From: an uncultured Gemmatimonadales bacterium
Lineage (GTDB): Bacteria; Gemmatimonadota; Gemmatimonadetes; Longimicrobiales; Longimicrobiaceae
Direction: 5' to 3'
DNA: 64,000 nucleotides
Assembly (NCBI GenBank): GCA_963716255.1
Contig: OY970303.1
Span: 3,936,001 to 4,000,000 of the forward strand
Every line of letters starts with the position of its first letter. Positions within the stretch are counted from its first letter, which is position 1. The position numbers and the translations under genes were made by a program. Positions 49,218 through 58,259 of this stretch are shown here, one piece after another. The notes beneath the pieces were generated by a model that was not told the origin of the DNA, did no database searches, and saw only the letters and a list, made by a program, of their open reading frames with translations.

Positions 49218-49592
49218 ATGACGCAGGAGCAGAGGACCCACCTGGAGGGGCGGCTGCGCGAGGAGCGGGAGCGGGTGGAGCGCTCGCTGGCGCGCCTCCG
49301 CGGCGAGTCGGCCGATTCGCAGCTGGAGCGGGACGGCGACCTGTCCGCCTACCCGCTTCACCCGGCCGACGAGGGGACGGACACGCTGGACCAGGAGATG
49401 GAGTTCGCGGAGGCGAGCCGCCAGAGCCGGCAGCTGGCGGAGATCGACGACGCGCTGGCCCTTCTGGTGGAGCGGCCGGAGGAGTACGGCCGGTGCCGCG
49501 ACTGCGACGGGGAGATCCCCTTCGAGCGCCTGGACCTGGTCCCCTGGGCGCGCGACTGCGACTGCTCGGGCGAGATCCCCACGCCGGCCTGA
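49218..49592 (+). CDS. TraR/DksA family transcription factor
   Basis: Coiled coil with HPADEGTD tip; YGRCRDC...IPFERL..VPWARDCDC. Confidence 0.85.
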   Translation: MTQEQRTHLEGRLREERERVERSLARLRGESADSQLERDGDLSAYPLHPADEGTDTLDQEMEFAEASRQSRQLAEIDDALALLVERPEEYGRCRDCDGEIPFERLDLVPWARDCDCSGEIPTPA

Positions 49593-49611
49593 GCCCGCCC
49601 GGCCGACAGGA

Positions 49612-49645
49612 AAGCCCCCGCCGCTCCACGGAGCGGCGGGGGCTT
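49612..49645. terminator. Hairpin terminator between convergent genes
   Basis: AAGCCCCCGCCGCTCC-AC-GGAGCGGCGGGGGCTT. Confidence 0.75.
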
Positions 49646-49669
49646 CTGCGTCCGGGGACGGTGCCGCGG

Positions 49670-50155
49670 CTACTTCTTCGCGCGGTCTTCGCGCAGGCGG
49701 TCCACCTCCTCGGGCGACCACTCGTGGAGGAACGAGACCTCGGCGCGCAGCTCCGGCAGCTGCGAGCGCAGGCACTCCGCGCGGCGCTCTCGGGCCGCGA
49801 ACGCCACGCCCCTGGCCTCGTCCCAGCGGTCGGCGTCCATGTAGGCCGTGATCAGCATCTCGTACACCAGCGCGTGTGGGTACACGCGCAGCAGCTCCCG
49901 CAGGCGCGGGATGGCCTCGACGCGCGCCTGCGCGGAGGCCACGTCGATCTCCAGCAGCTCGCCGGCCACCTGCTGGCGGCGGCGGAGCAGCTCCGTGAGA
50001 TCTGCGGGATAGGTTTCCGCCCGGTACTCGCCCATGGCGTGCGCCGGCGGGTTGTCGCGGCCGAAGAGGGCGTCCATGATCGACGCGTTGGGCGGCAGGT
50101 CGTCCCCTCCGTCCGGCCCGCTCATCCGCTGCTTCAGCCAGTACCGGATCCCCAT
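49670..50155 (-). CDS. Hypothetical helical protein
   Basis: GGGGAGG RBS; GC3-biased ORF beginning MGIRYWLKQ. Confidence 0.7.
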   Translation of the reverse strand: MGIRYWLKQRMSGPDGGDDLPPNASIMDALFGRDNPPAHAMGEYRAETYPADLTELLRRRQQVAGELLEIDVASAQARVEAIPRLRELLRVYPHALVYEMLITAYMDADRWDEARGVAFAARERRAECLRSQLPELRAEVSFLHEWSPEEVDRLREDRAKK

Positions 50156-50256
50156 CAGCCTCCCCTTCACGCGCGTGAACGACCGAAATGCGAAGCGCCG
50201 GACGGCGGAGTGCCGCGTCCGGCGCCGGCGTGGATCAGCAGGGAGCGTGCCGGACG

Positions 50257-51864
50257 CTACTCCATGTCCACCTGGCGCACGTCGAGCACCTCCGCGAGCG
50301 AGCCCAGCCGCTCCAGCACCTCGGTGGGGACGCGGCCGTCCACCGAGATGGCGGCCAGCGCCTCGCCGCCGGCCTGGAGTCGCGCCTGGTGGTACTCGGC
50401 GATGTTCACCCCGGCCTCGCCCAGCACGGTCCCCACACGCCCGATGACGCCGGGGACGTCGTGGTTGCGGAGCACCACCATGGTTCCACGCGGCGCCACG
50501 TCCACGCGGAAGGCGCCGATGCGGGTGATGCGGCCGTGCGCTTCGCCCAGGAGCGCCCCGCCCACGCGGACGCTGCGGTCGCCGCCGTCCAGGCGCAGCT
50601 CCACCTCGTCGCCCAGCTCGCCGCGGCCGGCCACCTGCGCCCACGCCGTCTCGATCCCGCGCTCGGTGGCCACGTGGTGCACGTTCACCAGGTTGATGGC
50701 GCGCCGGTCGATGACGTCGCGCAGCGCGCCCTGGAGCGCGGCCAGGAGGAGGGCGCGTGGCGCTTCCTCGCGGGGGCCGGAGTAGCGCAGCTCCACCCCG
50801 CTGAGCCCCGCCGGGAGGAGGCAGCGCCCCAGCCGCCCCAGGCGCTCGGTGAGCGCCATGAGCGGGCGCAGCTCGGCCCACCCGGCGCCGCCCACGCCGG
50901 CGGCGTTCAGCGCGCCGCTCAGGTCGCCACTCACCAGGGCGTCGCGCACCGCGGCGCATGCCTCGATGGACACGCTGCGCTGCGCGTCGCTGGTGGAGGC
51001 GCCCAGGTGCGGGGTGAGCAGGACGCCGGGGAGCGTGCGCAGCGGGTGGTCCGGGGCCAGCGGCTCGCGCGCGAACACGTCCAGCGCCGCCCCCCCGATG
51101 CGCCCGGCGCGCACCGCGTCCACCAGCGCGTCCTCGGCCACGATCCCGCCGCGCGCCAGGTTGAGCACCAGGGCACGGGACCCCAGGCGCGACAGCTCCG
51201 GCGCGCCGATCATCCCCCGCGTCTCGTCGGTGAGGGGAACGTGCAGGGTGAGGACGTCGGCCCGGTCGAGCGCTTCCGCCAGGCGCGCTACCCGCTCCAC
51301 CCCCAGCTCCTCGAAGCGCGCGGCGGACACGTACGGGTCGTACGCGATGAGGGCCATCCCGAAGGCGCGGGCGCGGCGCGCCACCTCGCCGCCGATGCGC
51401 CCCAGCCCGACGATGGCGAGGGTGCGTCCGCGCAGCTCGGTGCCCCCCAGCAGCGAGCGGTCCCAGCGGCCGGCCCGCATGGAGGAGTCCGCCTCGCCCA
51501 GGTGGCGCACCAGCGAGATCAGCACGCCGAAGAACAGCTCCGCCACCGACACGGTGTTGCCGCCCGGGGCGTTGATCACCGCGATCCCCAGCTCGGTGGC
51601 ACGCTCCAGGTCGATGTTGTCCACGCCCACCCCCGCGCGGCCGATCACCCGCAGGCGCTCGCCGCGCTCCAGCAGCTCGCCGGTGATCCGCGTGGCGCTG
51701 CGGCCGATCAGGGCGTCGTAGCCGGCGATCTCCTCCAGCAGCTCGGCGGGAGGGAGCGTGGGGCGCTCCACCACCTCGATCCGCGGGCTTCCCCGCAGCA
51801 GCGCGATCCCCTCGGGGTCCACCTCGTCCGTCACCATCACCCGGAAGCGTCCGTCCGCCGTCAT
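50257..51864 (-). CDS. serA: D-3-phosphoglycerate dehydrogenase (type I, ASB plus ACT)
   Basis: GRAGVGVDNID, GLGRIG, TPHLGAST, HDVPGVIG ACT domain. Confidence 0.95.
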   Translation of the reverse strand: MTADGRFRVMVTDEVDPEGIALLRGSPRIEVVERPTLPPAELLEEIAGYDALIGRSATRITGELLERGERLRVIGRAGVGVDNIDLERATELGIAVINAPGGNTVSVAELFFGVLISLVRHLGEADSSMRAGRWDRSLLGGTELRGRTLAIVGLGRIGGEVARRARAFGMALIAYDPYVSAARFEELGVERVARLAEALDRADVLTLHVPLTDETRGMIGAPELSRLGSRALVLNLARGGIVAEDALVDAVRAGRIGGAALDVFAREPLAPDHPLRTLPGVLLTPHLGASTSDAQRSVSIEACAAVRDALVSGDLSGALNAAGVGGAGWAELRPLMALTERLGRLGRCLLPAGLSGVELRYSGPREEAPRALLLAALQGALRDVIDRRAINLVNVHHVATERGIETAWAQVAGRGELGDEVELRLDGGDRSVRVGGALLGEAHGRITRIGAFRVDVAPRGTMVVLRNHDVPGVIGRVGTVLGEAGVNIAEYHQARLQAGGEALAAISVDGRVPTEVLERLGSLAEVLDVRQVDME

Positions 51865-52967
51865 CCCAGCACCTCCTCCAGCTCCGCGAGCAGCGTGTTC
51901 AGCTCCTCGACCGTGTGGTCCCCCATGTGCCCGATCCGGAACGTCGCGTCCCGGAGCCTGCCGTATCCCGGCGCGATCGTCCAGCCGCGCTCCTCCAGCG
52001 CCGCGGCCACCTGCGTCCCCTTCCGCTCCGGCGGGAGGACGACGGCCGTGTTGGTGGGCGAGCGGAATCCCTCCGGGGCCAGCACCGAGAGCCCCCACCG
52101 CGCGCCCTCCGCGGCGACCCACTCCCAGCAGCGCTCCGCCATGGCGCGGTGCCGCGCGACGCGGGCCCCGATCCCCTCCGCCTCGATGCGGCGCACCTGC
52201 TCCACCAGCGCGTACACCAGGCTGACGGCGGGGGTGTTGGGCGTCTGGTGCTTGGCCCACGCGCGGTCGAACTCTACCAGGTCGAAGTACTGCCCGCGCC
52301 CGGGGAGGGTCGCCGCGCGCTCCAGGAAGCGCGGGACCACGGTGGCGAAGGCGAGCCCCGGGGGGAGCGCCAGCGCCTTCTGCGAGCCGGTGAGGAGCAG
52401 GTCCAGCCCCCATGCCTCGGCCTCCACCTCGGCCCCGCCCACGCTGGTCACGCCGTCCACCAGCAGCAGGATCTCCTCGCCGGCCTCGCGCTCGGCGGCG
52501 CGCACGGCGTCGGCGATCTCGCGGAGCGGCTGGAGCACGCCGGTGGAGGTCTCGGAGTGCACCACCGTCACCGCGTCGAAGCCGCCCGCGCGAAGGCGGC
52601 GGAACACCTCCTCCGGGTCGTGCGCGGCGCCCCACTCGGCGTCGTACGTGGCCACCTCGCGGCCGCACTCGCTCACCAGGTCGCGGAAGCGCCCGCTGAA
52701 GGCGCCGTTCACCAGCGCCAGCGCGCGGCGGCGGACGCCGCAGCGCACCGCGGCCTCCATCAGCCCGGTGGCGGAGGAGGAGGACACGTACACCGGGCGC
52801 GAGGTGCGGAACACCGCCCGCAGCGGCGCGTCCACCTGGCGCAGCAGCGCGGTCATTTCCGGCCCGCGGTGCCCGATGACCGGGCGCGTCATGGCCCGGA
52901 GCACATCGGGGTGCACCTCGGTGGGGCCGGTGAGGAAGAAGCGGCCGAACGGCGCGGGATCGGTCAT
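51861..52967 (-). CDS. Class V PLP aminotransferase, probable phosphoserine aminotransferase
   Basis: HSETSTG, VDGVTS, GSQKALALPPGL, FRIGHMG; lies between serB-like and serA. Confidence 0.85.
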   Translation of the reverse strand: MTDPAPFGRFFLTGPTEVHPDVLRAMTRPVIGHRGPEMTALLRQVDAPLRAVFRTSRPVYVSSSSATGLMEAAVRCGVRRRALALVNGAFSGRFRDLVSECGREVATYDAEWGAAHDPEEVFRRLRAGGFDAVTVVHSETSTGVLQPLREIADAVRAAEREAGEEILLLVDGVTSVGGAEVEAEAWGLDLLLTGSQKALALPPGLAFATVVPRFLERAATLPGRGQYFDLVEFDRAWAKHQTPNTPAVSLVYALVEQVRRIEAEGIGARVARHRAMAERCWEWVAAEGARWGLSVLAPEGFRSPTNTAVVLPPERKGTQVAAALEERGWTIAPGYGRLRDATFRIGHMGDHTVEELNTLLAELEEVLG

Positions 52968-53734
52968 CTGGGCCCGGGATCGGTCCGTGTCGAGACGTCG
53001 CGGGCGAGGAGCTCGTCGCCGCGGCGGAGCAGGCCGGCCCACGCCGAGCCGGCCAGGCGGGCCCGGTCCTCCGGGCCGGCGGCGAGCGCCAGCACCGGGG
53101 CCAGGCTGGGGTCGCGCAGCACCACGTCGGCGCCCGCGGCCACCTGGGGGCGGAAGGCCACGCCCATGTACGCGGCGAAGGCGTCCACGGCGGGGCGGGC
53201 CTCCAGGTCGGTGGCGCCGTCGCCCACCATCAGGGCGGGGCGGGGGAGCGCCCAGGCGCGCAGCACGGCCTCCTTGCCCCCGCTCCGCGCCAGCGGCGAG
53301 TGGCTCTCGAAGCCGCGGTACGCGCCGTCGTCCGCGAAGTCCACGCCCACCGCGGCCACGGCCTCCGGGCCGATCCCCAGCTCCCGCGCCAGCGTCTCCA
53401 CCGGCGGGCGCAGGCCGCCGGAAAGCACGCGCACGTCCTTGCCCAGGAAGAGAAGGGCGGCCACCGTCTCACGCGCGTCGGGCACCAGCCCGGCCACGTA
53501 GGCGCGCGCCAGCGCCTCCACCCGCTCGCGCGAGGGGCGGATCAGCTCCAACCGCCGGCCGTACACCTCCTCCAGGGGGACGAGGCCCTGCATGGCCTCC
53601 TCGGTCATGGCGCGGATGGCCCCGGCGTGCTCCCCCGCCAGGTCGTCGATCCCCTCGATGGCGGCGAGGGTGGAGTCGCAGTCGAACACCACCGCCGCGA
53701 AGCCCTGCCGGGCCCCCTGGAGATCAGCCTTCAC
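52964..53734 (-). CDS. HAD phosphoserine phosphatase (SerB-like)
   Basis: FDCDSTL..IEGID, SGG, VGDGATD. Confidence 0.85.
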   Translation of the reverse strand: MKADLQGARQGFAAVVFDCDSTLAAIEGIDDLAGEHAGAIRAMTEEAMQGLVPLEEVYGRRLELIRPSRERVEALARAYVAGLVPDARETVAALLFLGKDVRVLSGGLRPPVETLARELGIGPEAVAAVGVDFADDGAYRGFESHSPLARSGGKEAVLRAWALPRPALMVGDGATDLEARPAVDAFAAYMGVAFRPQVAAGADVVLRDPSLAPVLALAAGPEDRARLAGSAWAGLLRRGDELLARDVSTRTDPGPR

Positions 53735-55091
53735 GCGCGATCCCGGCCGGCAGGGTGAGCGTGAAGACGGAGCCCTCGCCGGGCGCCGAGCGCACGGTGA
53801 TGTTGCCGCCCAGCTGGCGCGCCATGGCGCGCGACAGGGCCAGCCCCAGCCCGGTCCCGCCGTAGCGGCGCGTGGCGGAGCCGTCGACCTGCCGGAACTC
53901 GTCGAAGATGCGCTCGTGCTCCTCCGGCGCGATCCCGATGCCGGTGTCCTCCACCTCCCACGACACGAAGCCCCGCTCCTCCGGCGCCGCGCCCGCGCTC
54001 TCCGGCCGCGGCCCGATGTCCACCCGCCGCACCCGCATGGCCACCGTCCCCTCGGGGGTGAACTTGACGGCGTTGGACAGCAGGTTGCGGAGGATGCGTA
54101 CGGAGTGGCCCGGGTCGGTGTGCACGGGGACCGGCTCCCGCGGGAACTCGGTGTGCACCTCCAGGTGCGGCGCGGGGGACAGGGTGGTGATGGCGGCGCG
54201 CGCCAGCGCCACGGCGTCGCAGCGCTCCGGCTCGGCGGGGGTGCGGCCCAGCTTGAGGTGGGTGAGGTCGAGCAGGTCGTTGATCAGCCCCATCAGCGCC
54301 GTCCCCGCCGCCTCGATCTTTTCCACCGCGGTGCCCTGCTCGCCGCTCAGCTCGCCGGAAAGGCCCTCGCGCAGCAGGTAGGTGTAGCCCAGGATGGCGG
54401 TGAGCGGGGTGCGCAGCTCGTGCGACACGTTGGCCAGGAACTCGCCCTTGAGGCGGCGCGCCTCCTCGGCCTCGTGGTAGCGCGCCTCCAGCTCCACGTT
54501 CTGCTCGCGGAGGCGGGCGTTGGCGCGCTGCAGGTCCTCGATCAGGTGCGCCTTCTCGGAGGTGGCCGAGAGCTGGTCGGCCACCAGGCGCAGCAGGCTG
54601 CGGTCGGCCTCGCACAGCCCGTCGCGGCCGCGGAAGTAGAAGGTGATGGCGCCCACCGTGCGCCCCCGGCAGGTGAGCGGGAGGGCGACGGACGAGGAAA
54701 AGTCCAGCTCCCGCGCCGAGTCCCACCAGTCTTCCAGCGCCGGGTCGGCGTACAGGTCGAACACCTCCACGATGCGGTTCTCTGCCACCGCCTGCCCCGT
54801 GGGGCCGTTGCCGACCCGAACGCGCATCTGGCTCAGGTAGCCGGCGTACGCCCGCGGCCAGTTGTACGCGGCCACCACCCGGAGGAGCGCGCCGTCTGCC
54901 TCTTCCTCCTGCAGGAACACGCACCCGAAGGCGGCTCCCACCAGCACGGCCACGCGCTCCAGCGCCAGCCGGTACACCTCCGTGGGGCGGTCCGCGGTGA
55001 GGAACGCGTGGGCGATCTCACGGGCCGCCTGCAGCTCGCGGACGGCCAGCGAATCGGCAGCGGAAGAGGGGAGAAAAGTCGCTTGGTCCAA
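53724..55091 (-). CDS. Cytoplasmic GAF-domain sensor histidine kinase
   Basis: GAF region, SHELRTPL, NLLSNAVKFT, DTGIGI, GTGLGL. Confidence 0.9.
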   Translation of the reverse strand: MDQATFLPSSAADSLAVRELQAAREIAHAFLTADRPTEVYRLALERVAVLVGAAFGCVFLQEEEADGALLRVVAAYNWPRAYAGYLSQMRVRVGNGPTGQAVAENRIVEVFDLYADPALEDWWDSARELDFSSSVALPLTCRGRTVGAITFYFRGRDGLCEADRSLLRLVADQLSATSEKAHLIEDLQRANARLREQNVELEARYHEAEEARRLKGEFLANVSHELRTPLTAILGYTYLLREGLSGELSGEQGTAVEKIEAAGTALMGLINDLLDLTHLKLGRTPAEPERCDAVALARAAITTLSPAPHLEVHTEFPREPVPVHTDPGHSVRILRNLLSNAVKFTPEGTVAMRVRRVDIGPRPESAGAAPEERGFVSWEVEDTGIGIAPEEHERIFDEFRQVDGSATRRYGGTGLGLALSRAMARQLGGNITVRSAPGEGSVFTLTLPAGIAREG

Positions 55092-55102
55092 GGGTTTCTC
55101 TC

Positions 55103-55131
55103 TTGACGGATCGAAAGGCGGCGCCTAACGT
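55103..55131 (+). promoter_or_regulatory. Sigma70 promoter for hup
   Basis: TTGACG-17-TAACGT. Confidence 0.65.
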
Positions 55132-55195
55132 ACCAGGGAACGGCGCGACCGTTAGGGCTTTCCGTGTACTTCAACCCCTTTTCAGGAGTCGCTCG

Positions 55196-55483
55196 GTGAA
55201 CAAGTCCGAGATCGTCCAGCAGCTGGCCAGCCGGGCCAACATCAGCCGCGCCGACGCCCAGCGGGCCGTCGATGCGCTTTTCGCAGTGGACACGGGCATC
55301 ATCTCGCAGGCACTGAAGAGCGGGGACAAGGTCCAGATCACCGGGTTCGGCAGCTTCGAGACCAAGCGCCGCGAGGCGCGCAAGGGCCGCAACCCGCGCA
55401 CCGGCAAGGAGATCGACATCGCCGCCTCCACCAGCGCCGCGTTCCGTCCCGGGAAGGGGCTGAAGGATTCCATCGGCGCCTGA
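55196..55483 (+). CDS. hup: HU family DNA-binding protein
   Basis: (M)NKSEIV...ITGFGSF...RKGRNPRTG...FRPGKGLK; AGGAG RBS, GTG start. Confidence 0.95.
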   Translation: MNKSEIVQQLASRANISRADAQRAVDALFAVDTGIISQALKSGDKVQITGFGSFETKRREARKGRNPRTGKEIDIAASTSAAFRPGKGLKDSIGA

Positions 55484-55558
55484 CGATCCGGCGCTCCCGA
55501 GCAGCACCGAGAGCCACGGCCCCACGAGCCGTGGCTCTCTCGCGTTTTCGCCCCGTCC

Positions 55559-56047
55559 ATGTCCCGCAGGAAGCGACGCACTCCCGGAACCCGCTCGCTC
55601 CCGCGGGAAGCGTGGGGCGAGGTCCACCCCACGCTCGACCTGCACGGGCACACGGCCGACGAGGCGGTGCGGCGCGCCGAGGCGTGGCTGCGGGCGCTGC
55701 AGCGCGACGGCGTGCGCACGGTGCGGGTGGTCACCGGGCGCGGGACGCGCTCGGCGGGGCCGCCGGTGCTGCGGGGGGAGGTGGGGGCGATGCTGGAGGC
55801 ACTTCGCGGCTCGCTGGTGTCGTACTTCACCCTGGACTCCGGGGGCGGAGCGTTCCGCGTGGAGCTGGAGAGGGCCGTGCGTCCCCGTCCGCTCCGCAAA
55901 GCCTCCTCCGCCGTGCTGCGACGAACCGCTCCCGACCTCCTCAGGCGCGCCGAGGAGGCGCTCTGGGAGCTGGGGGTGGATCCCACGCCCGAGCTGCTGG
56001 AGGCGGAGATCCGGCGGATCCGGCTGGAAGCGGGCGAGACGCCGTAG
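55559..56047 (+). CDS. Smr domain protein
   Basis: LDLHG, VVTGRGTRS, GGGA. Confidence 0.88.
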   Translation: MSRRKRRTPGTRSLPREAWGEVHPTLDLHGHTADEAVRRAEAWLRALQRDGVRTVRVVTGRGTRSAGPPVLRGEVGAMLEALRGSLVSYFTLDSGGGAFRVELERAVRPRPLRKASSAVLRRTAPDLLRRAEEALWELGVDPTPELLEAEIRRIRLEAGETP

Positions 56048-56055
56048 TGTAGCTG

Positions 56056-56095
56056 AAAAAGCGGGGAGCGCGCAAGCCGTTTGCGCGCTCCCCGC
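56056..56095 (-). terminator. Intrinsic terminator
   Basis: 15-bp stem GCGGGGAGCGCGCAA with TTTTT tail on the minus strand. Confidence 0.8.
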
Positions 56096-56119
56096 CTCGT
56101 CTTTCCCGCTCCTGGCCCG

Positions 56120-57871
56120 TCAGTCGCGCTGCTGCGGCGGCCGGCGGACCATCCGGCGCGCCCCGGCGCCCCCGGGTCCGCCCGGTCCGCGCGCACCCCC
56201 GCCGCCCGCGCCCCGCGGCCCGCCGGGCTTGCGCGCCCGGTCGCCGGCGCGGTCGTAGTCCACCCGCACGCTGCGCCCCTTGATGGTGGTGCCGTTGACG
56301 GCGCGGATCACCTTCTCGGCGGCGTCGGCCTGCACCTCCACGATGGAGAAGGTGTCGCGGATCTCGATGCGCCCCACCGCGGAGCCGGGGATGTTGGCCT
56401 CCCCCGCGATGGCGCCCACCAGGTCGCCCGGGCGGATCCCGTCGCGCGAGCCCACGCCCACGTACAGCCGCGCAATGGCGGAGGGCGCGGGGCCGGTGGG
56501 CGCGTCGGTGGCCGGCGTCCGCATGGCCGCCTCGGCGCGGGGCGCGGGGGGCTGCGCGGGGCCTGCCGGGGCCGGGCCCCGCCGGCGCAGAAGCGCGGCC
56601 GCGGCCGCGGCCACCTCCACGGCGCTGAACTCCTCGAACAGCGGCTCCAGCACCAGCATCTGCGCGGCCAGGTCGTCCTCGCGAAGGGCGCGGCGCAGCT
56701 CGCGGCGGAAGGCGGCCAGCTCGGAGGCGGTGGCCGCCGGCGCCTCGGGGAGCCCCATGGGGACGGGGCGCAGCCGGGCGCGCCGGGCGATCTCCCGCAG
56801 GTGCGCCATCTCCCGCGGCTCCAGGAACACCAGCGCCGCGGCGTCGCCGCCGTGCCGCGCCGCCAGCGACCGCTCGTCGCCGGGGACGTCGTAGCTGATG
56901 GTGCGCCCCGGCGGGACGGCGGCGTCGGAGGTCAGCTCCTCGCGGGTGGTGCCTGCGGTCACCACGGCCACGTCGGCGTCCTCGTCGTCGGCCTCGCCCA
57001 CCAGGAAGCCGCGCAGGGTGAGCGCCTCGGCTACCTCGGCGGCGCGCTCGTCGGTGCGGCAGAAGAGGATGGGGGGCGCGCCGCCCTCGCGCCGCTCGGC
57101 CAGGAGGCGGGCCAGGGTGTCGGTCTTGCGGCCCTCGGGCACCAGCCCGTAGGCCACGCTCCCCTGCAGCGCCGGCTGCTCGGCGTCGGGGATGGCGGGC
57201 TCGGCGGGGTAGCGGAGCGCGCGCTTGACGCGGCGGTCCACCAGGTCCTCCACCTCGGCCGGGAAGACGCCGGAGAGCACCACCCGCTGCGCCTCGCGCG
57301 GGATGTGGTCCATCAGCGTCTCCACCGACTCCCACCCGCCCAGCTCGCGGATCTCGGCGGCGCCGTCCAGCACCACGGCCTCCAGCTCGTCCAGCTTGAG
57401 CTCGGAGGCGCGCACCCCGTCCATGACGTCGGCGGGGGCGCCCACCAGCACCTCGGCGAGCGACGCGGCGGTCCCCCAGCTCCCCCCGGCGACGGTGACG
57501 CCCAGCTCCACCGAGGCGGCGTAGGGGACCAGCGTCAGCGCGACGCGCTCCGCGGCCTCGGCGGTGGGGACCAGCACCAGCATGCGGGTGCCGCGCGCCG
57601 GGGCCTCCGTCTCGGCGGCCTCCTCCTCCTCGTCTCCCTCCTCGTCCGCGGCATCCGCGGCCTCCGGCGCGCGGGGGCGGAGGCGGTCCAGGACGCCCAG
57701 CGCGTACGCCAGCGTCTTGCCGGAGCCCGATCCGGCCCGCGCCACCAGGTTCCCTTCGCGCCGGAGCACCGGGATCACGGCCTCCTGGAGCGCCGTGGGG
57801 ATCTCGATGTCCTCGTCCTCGAGGGCGGCGAGAAGGGGTTCGCGGAGTCCGAAGTCTTCGAACGAGGCCAT
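56120..57871 (-). CDS. DEAD-box helicase-like protein with DbpA-type RNA-binding domain; catalytic motifs degenerate
   Basis: FEDFGL, Q motif PTALQ, GSGKT retained; motif II reads DGAA; C-terminal GSRDGIRPGDLVGAIAGEA. Confidence 0.85.
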   Translation of the reverse strand: MASFEDFGLREPLLAALEDEDIEIPTALQEAVIPVLRREGNLVARAGSGSGKTLAYALGVLDRLRPRAPEAADAADEEGDEEEEAAETEAPARGTRMLVLVPTAEAAERVALTLVPYAASVELGVTVAGGSWGTAASLAEVLVGAPADVMDGVRASELKLDELEAVVLDGAAEIRELGGWESVETLMDHIPREAQRVVLSGVFPAEVEDLVDRRVKRALRYPAEPAIPDAEQPALQGSVAYGLVPEGRKTDTLARLLAERREGGAPPILFCRTDERAAEVAEALTLRGFLVGEADDEDADVAVVTAGTTREELTSDAAVPPGRTISYDVPGDERSLAARHGGDAAALVFLEPREMAHLREIARRARLRPVPMGLPEAPAATASELAAFRRELRRALREDDLAAQMLVLEPLFEEFSAVEVAAAAAALLRRRGPAPAGPAQPPAPRAEAAMRTPATDAPTGPAPSAIARLYVGVGSRDGIRPGDLVGAIAGEANIPGSAVGRIEIRDTFSIVEVQADAAEKVIRAVNGTTIKGRSVRVDYDRAGDRARKPGGPRGAGGGGARGPGGPGGAGARRMVRRPPQQRD

Positions 57872-57980
57872 GTATTCCGTCCGTGTGTCTGTGCCGTGCC
57901 GTCTTTCCGGAGAGGCGCCAATATACGCGCTCGCAATTCTTTTGCCCATAAGCTGATTGAACTGCTGGAACTGCGGGGTT

Positions 57981-58109
57981 GGGCGTGCCCCCGGCTGGCG
58001 CCGGGGTCGGGCTTCGGCTCCGTAGGCGAGCAGACAACGCTCGCCAACGGAGTCGAGCCCCCGCAAACTGCCGCGGGGTCTCGCCCCTTCGGGCCGAAAT
58101 CCCTCACGC
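57981..58109 (+). repeat. Structured dispersed repeat family A, copy 6
   Basis: Full consensus between divergent genes. Confidence 0.95.
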
Positions 58110-58148
58110 GGCATCGCGCTGGCGTCCGCCGGAGCCCCCTCCCCCCGG

Positions 58149-58176
58149 CCCCCTCCCCCGCAAGCGGGAGAGGGGG
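58149..58176. repeat. REP-like palindrome (type C)
   Basis: CCCCCTCCCCCGCAAGCGGGAGAGGGGG. Confidence 0.75.
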
Positions 58177-58194
58177 AGCACTGCACCGGCTCGC

Positions 58195-58223
58195 TTGACG
58201 CTCTCCGGGGGCGCGGCTATGCT
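58195..58223 (+). promoter_or_regulatory. Sigma70 promoter for the CoA transferase
   Basis: TTGACG-17-TATGCT. Confidence 0.75.
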
Positions 58224-58259
58224 GGCGGCCCGTCGTCCAACCCCTTTCCCCGCGTCGTC

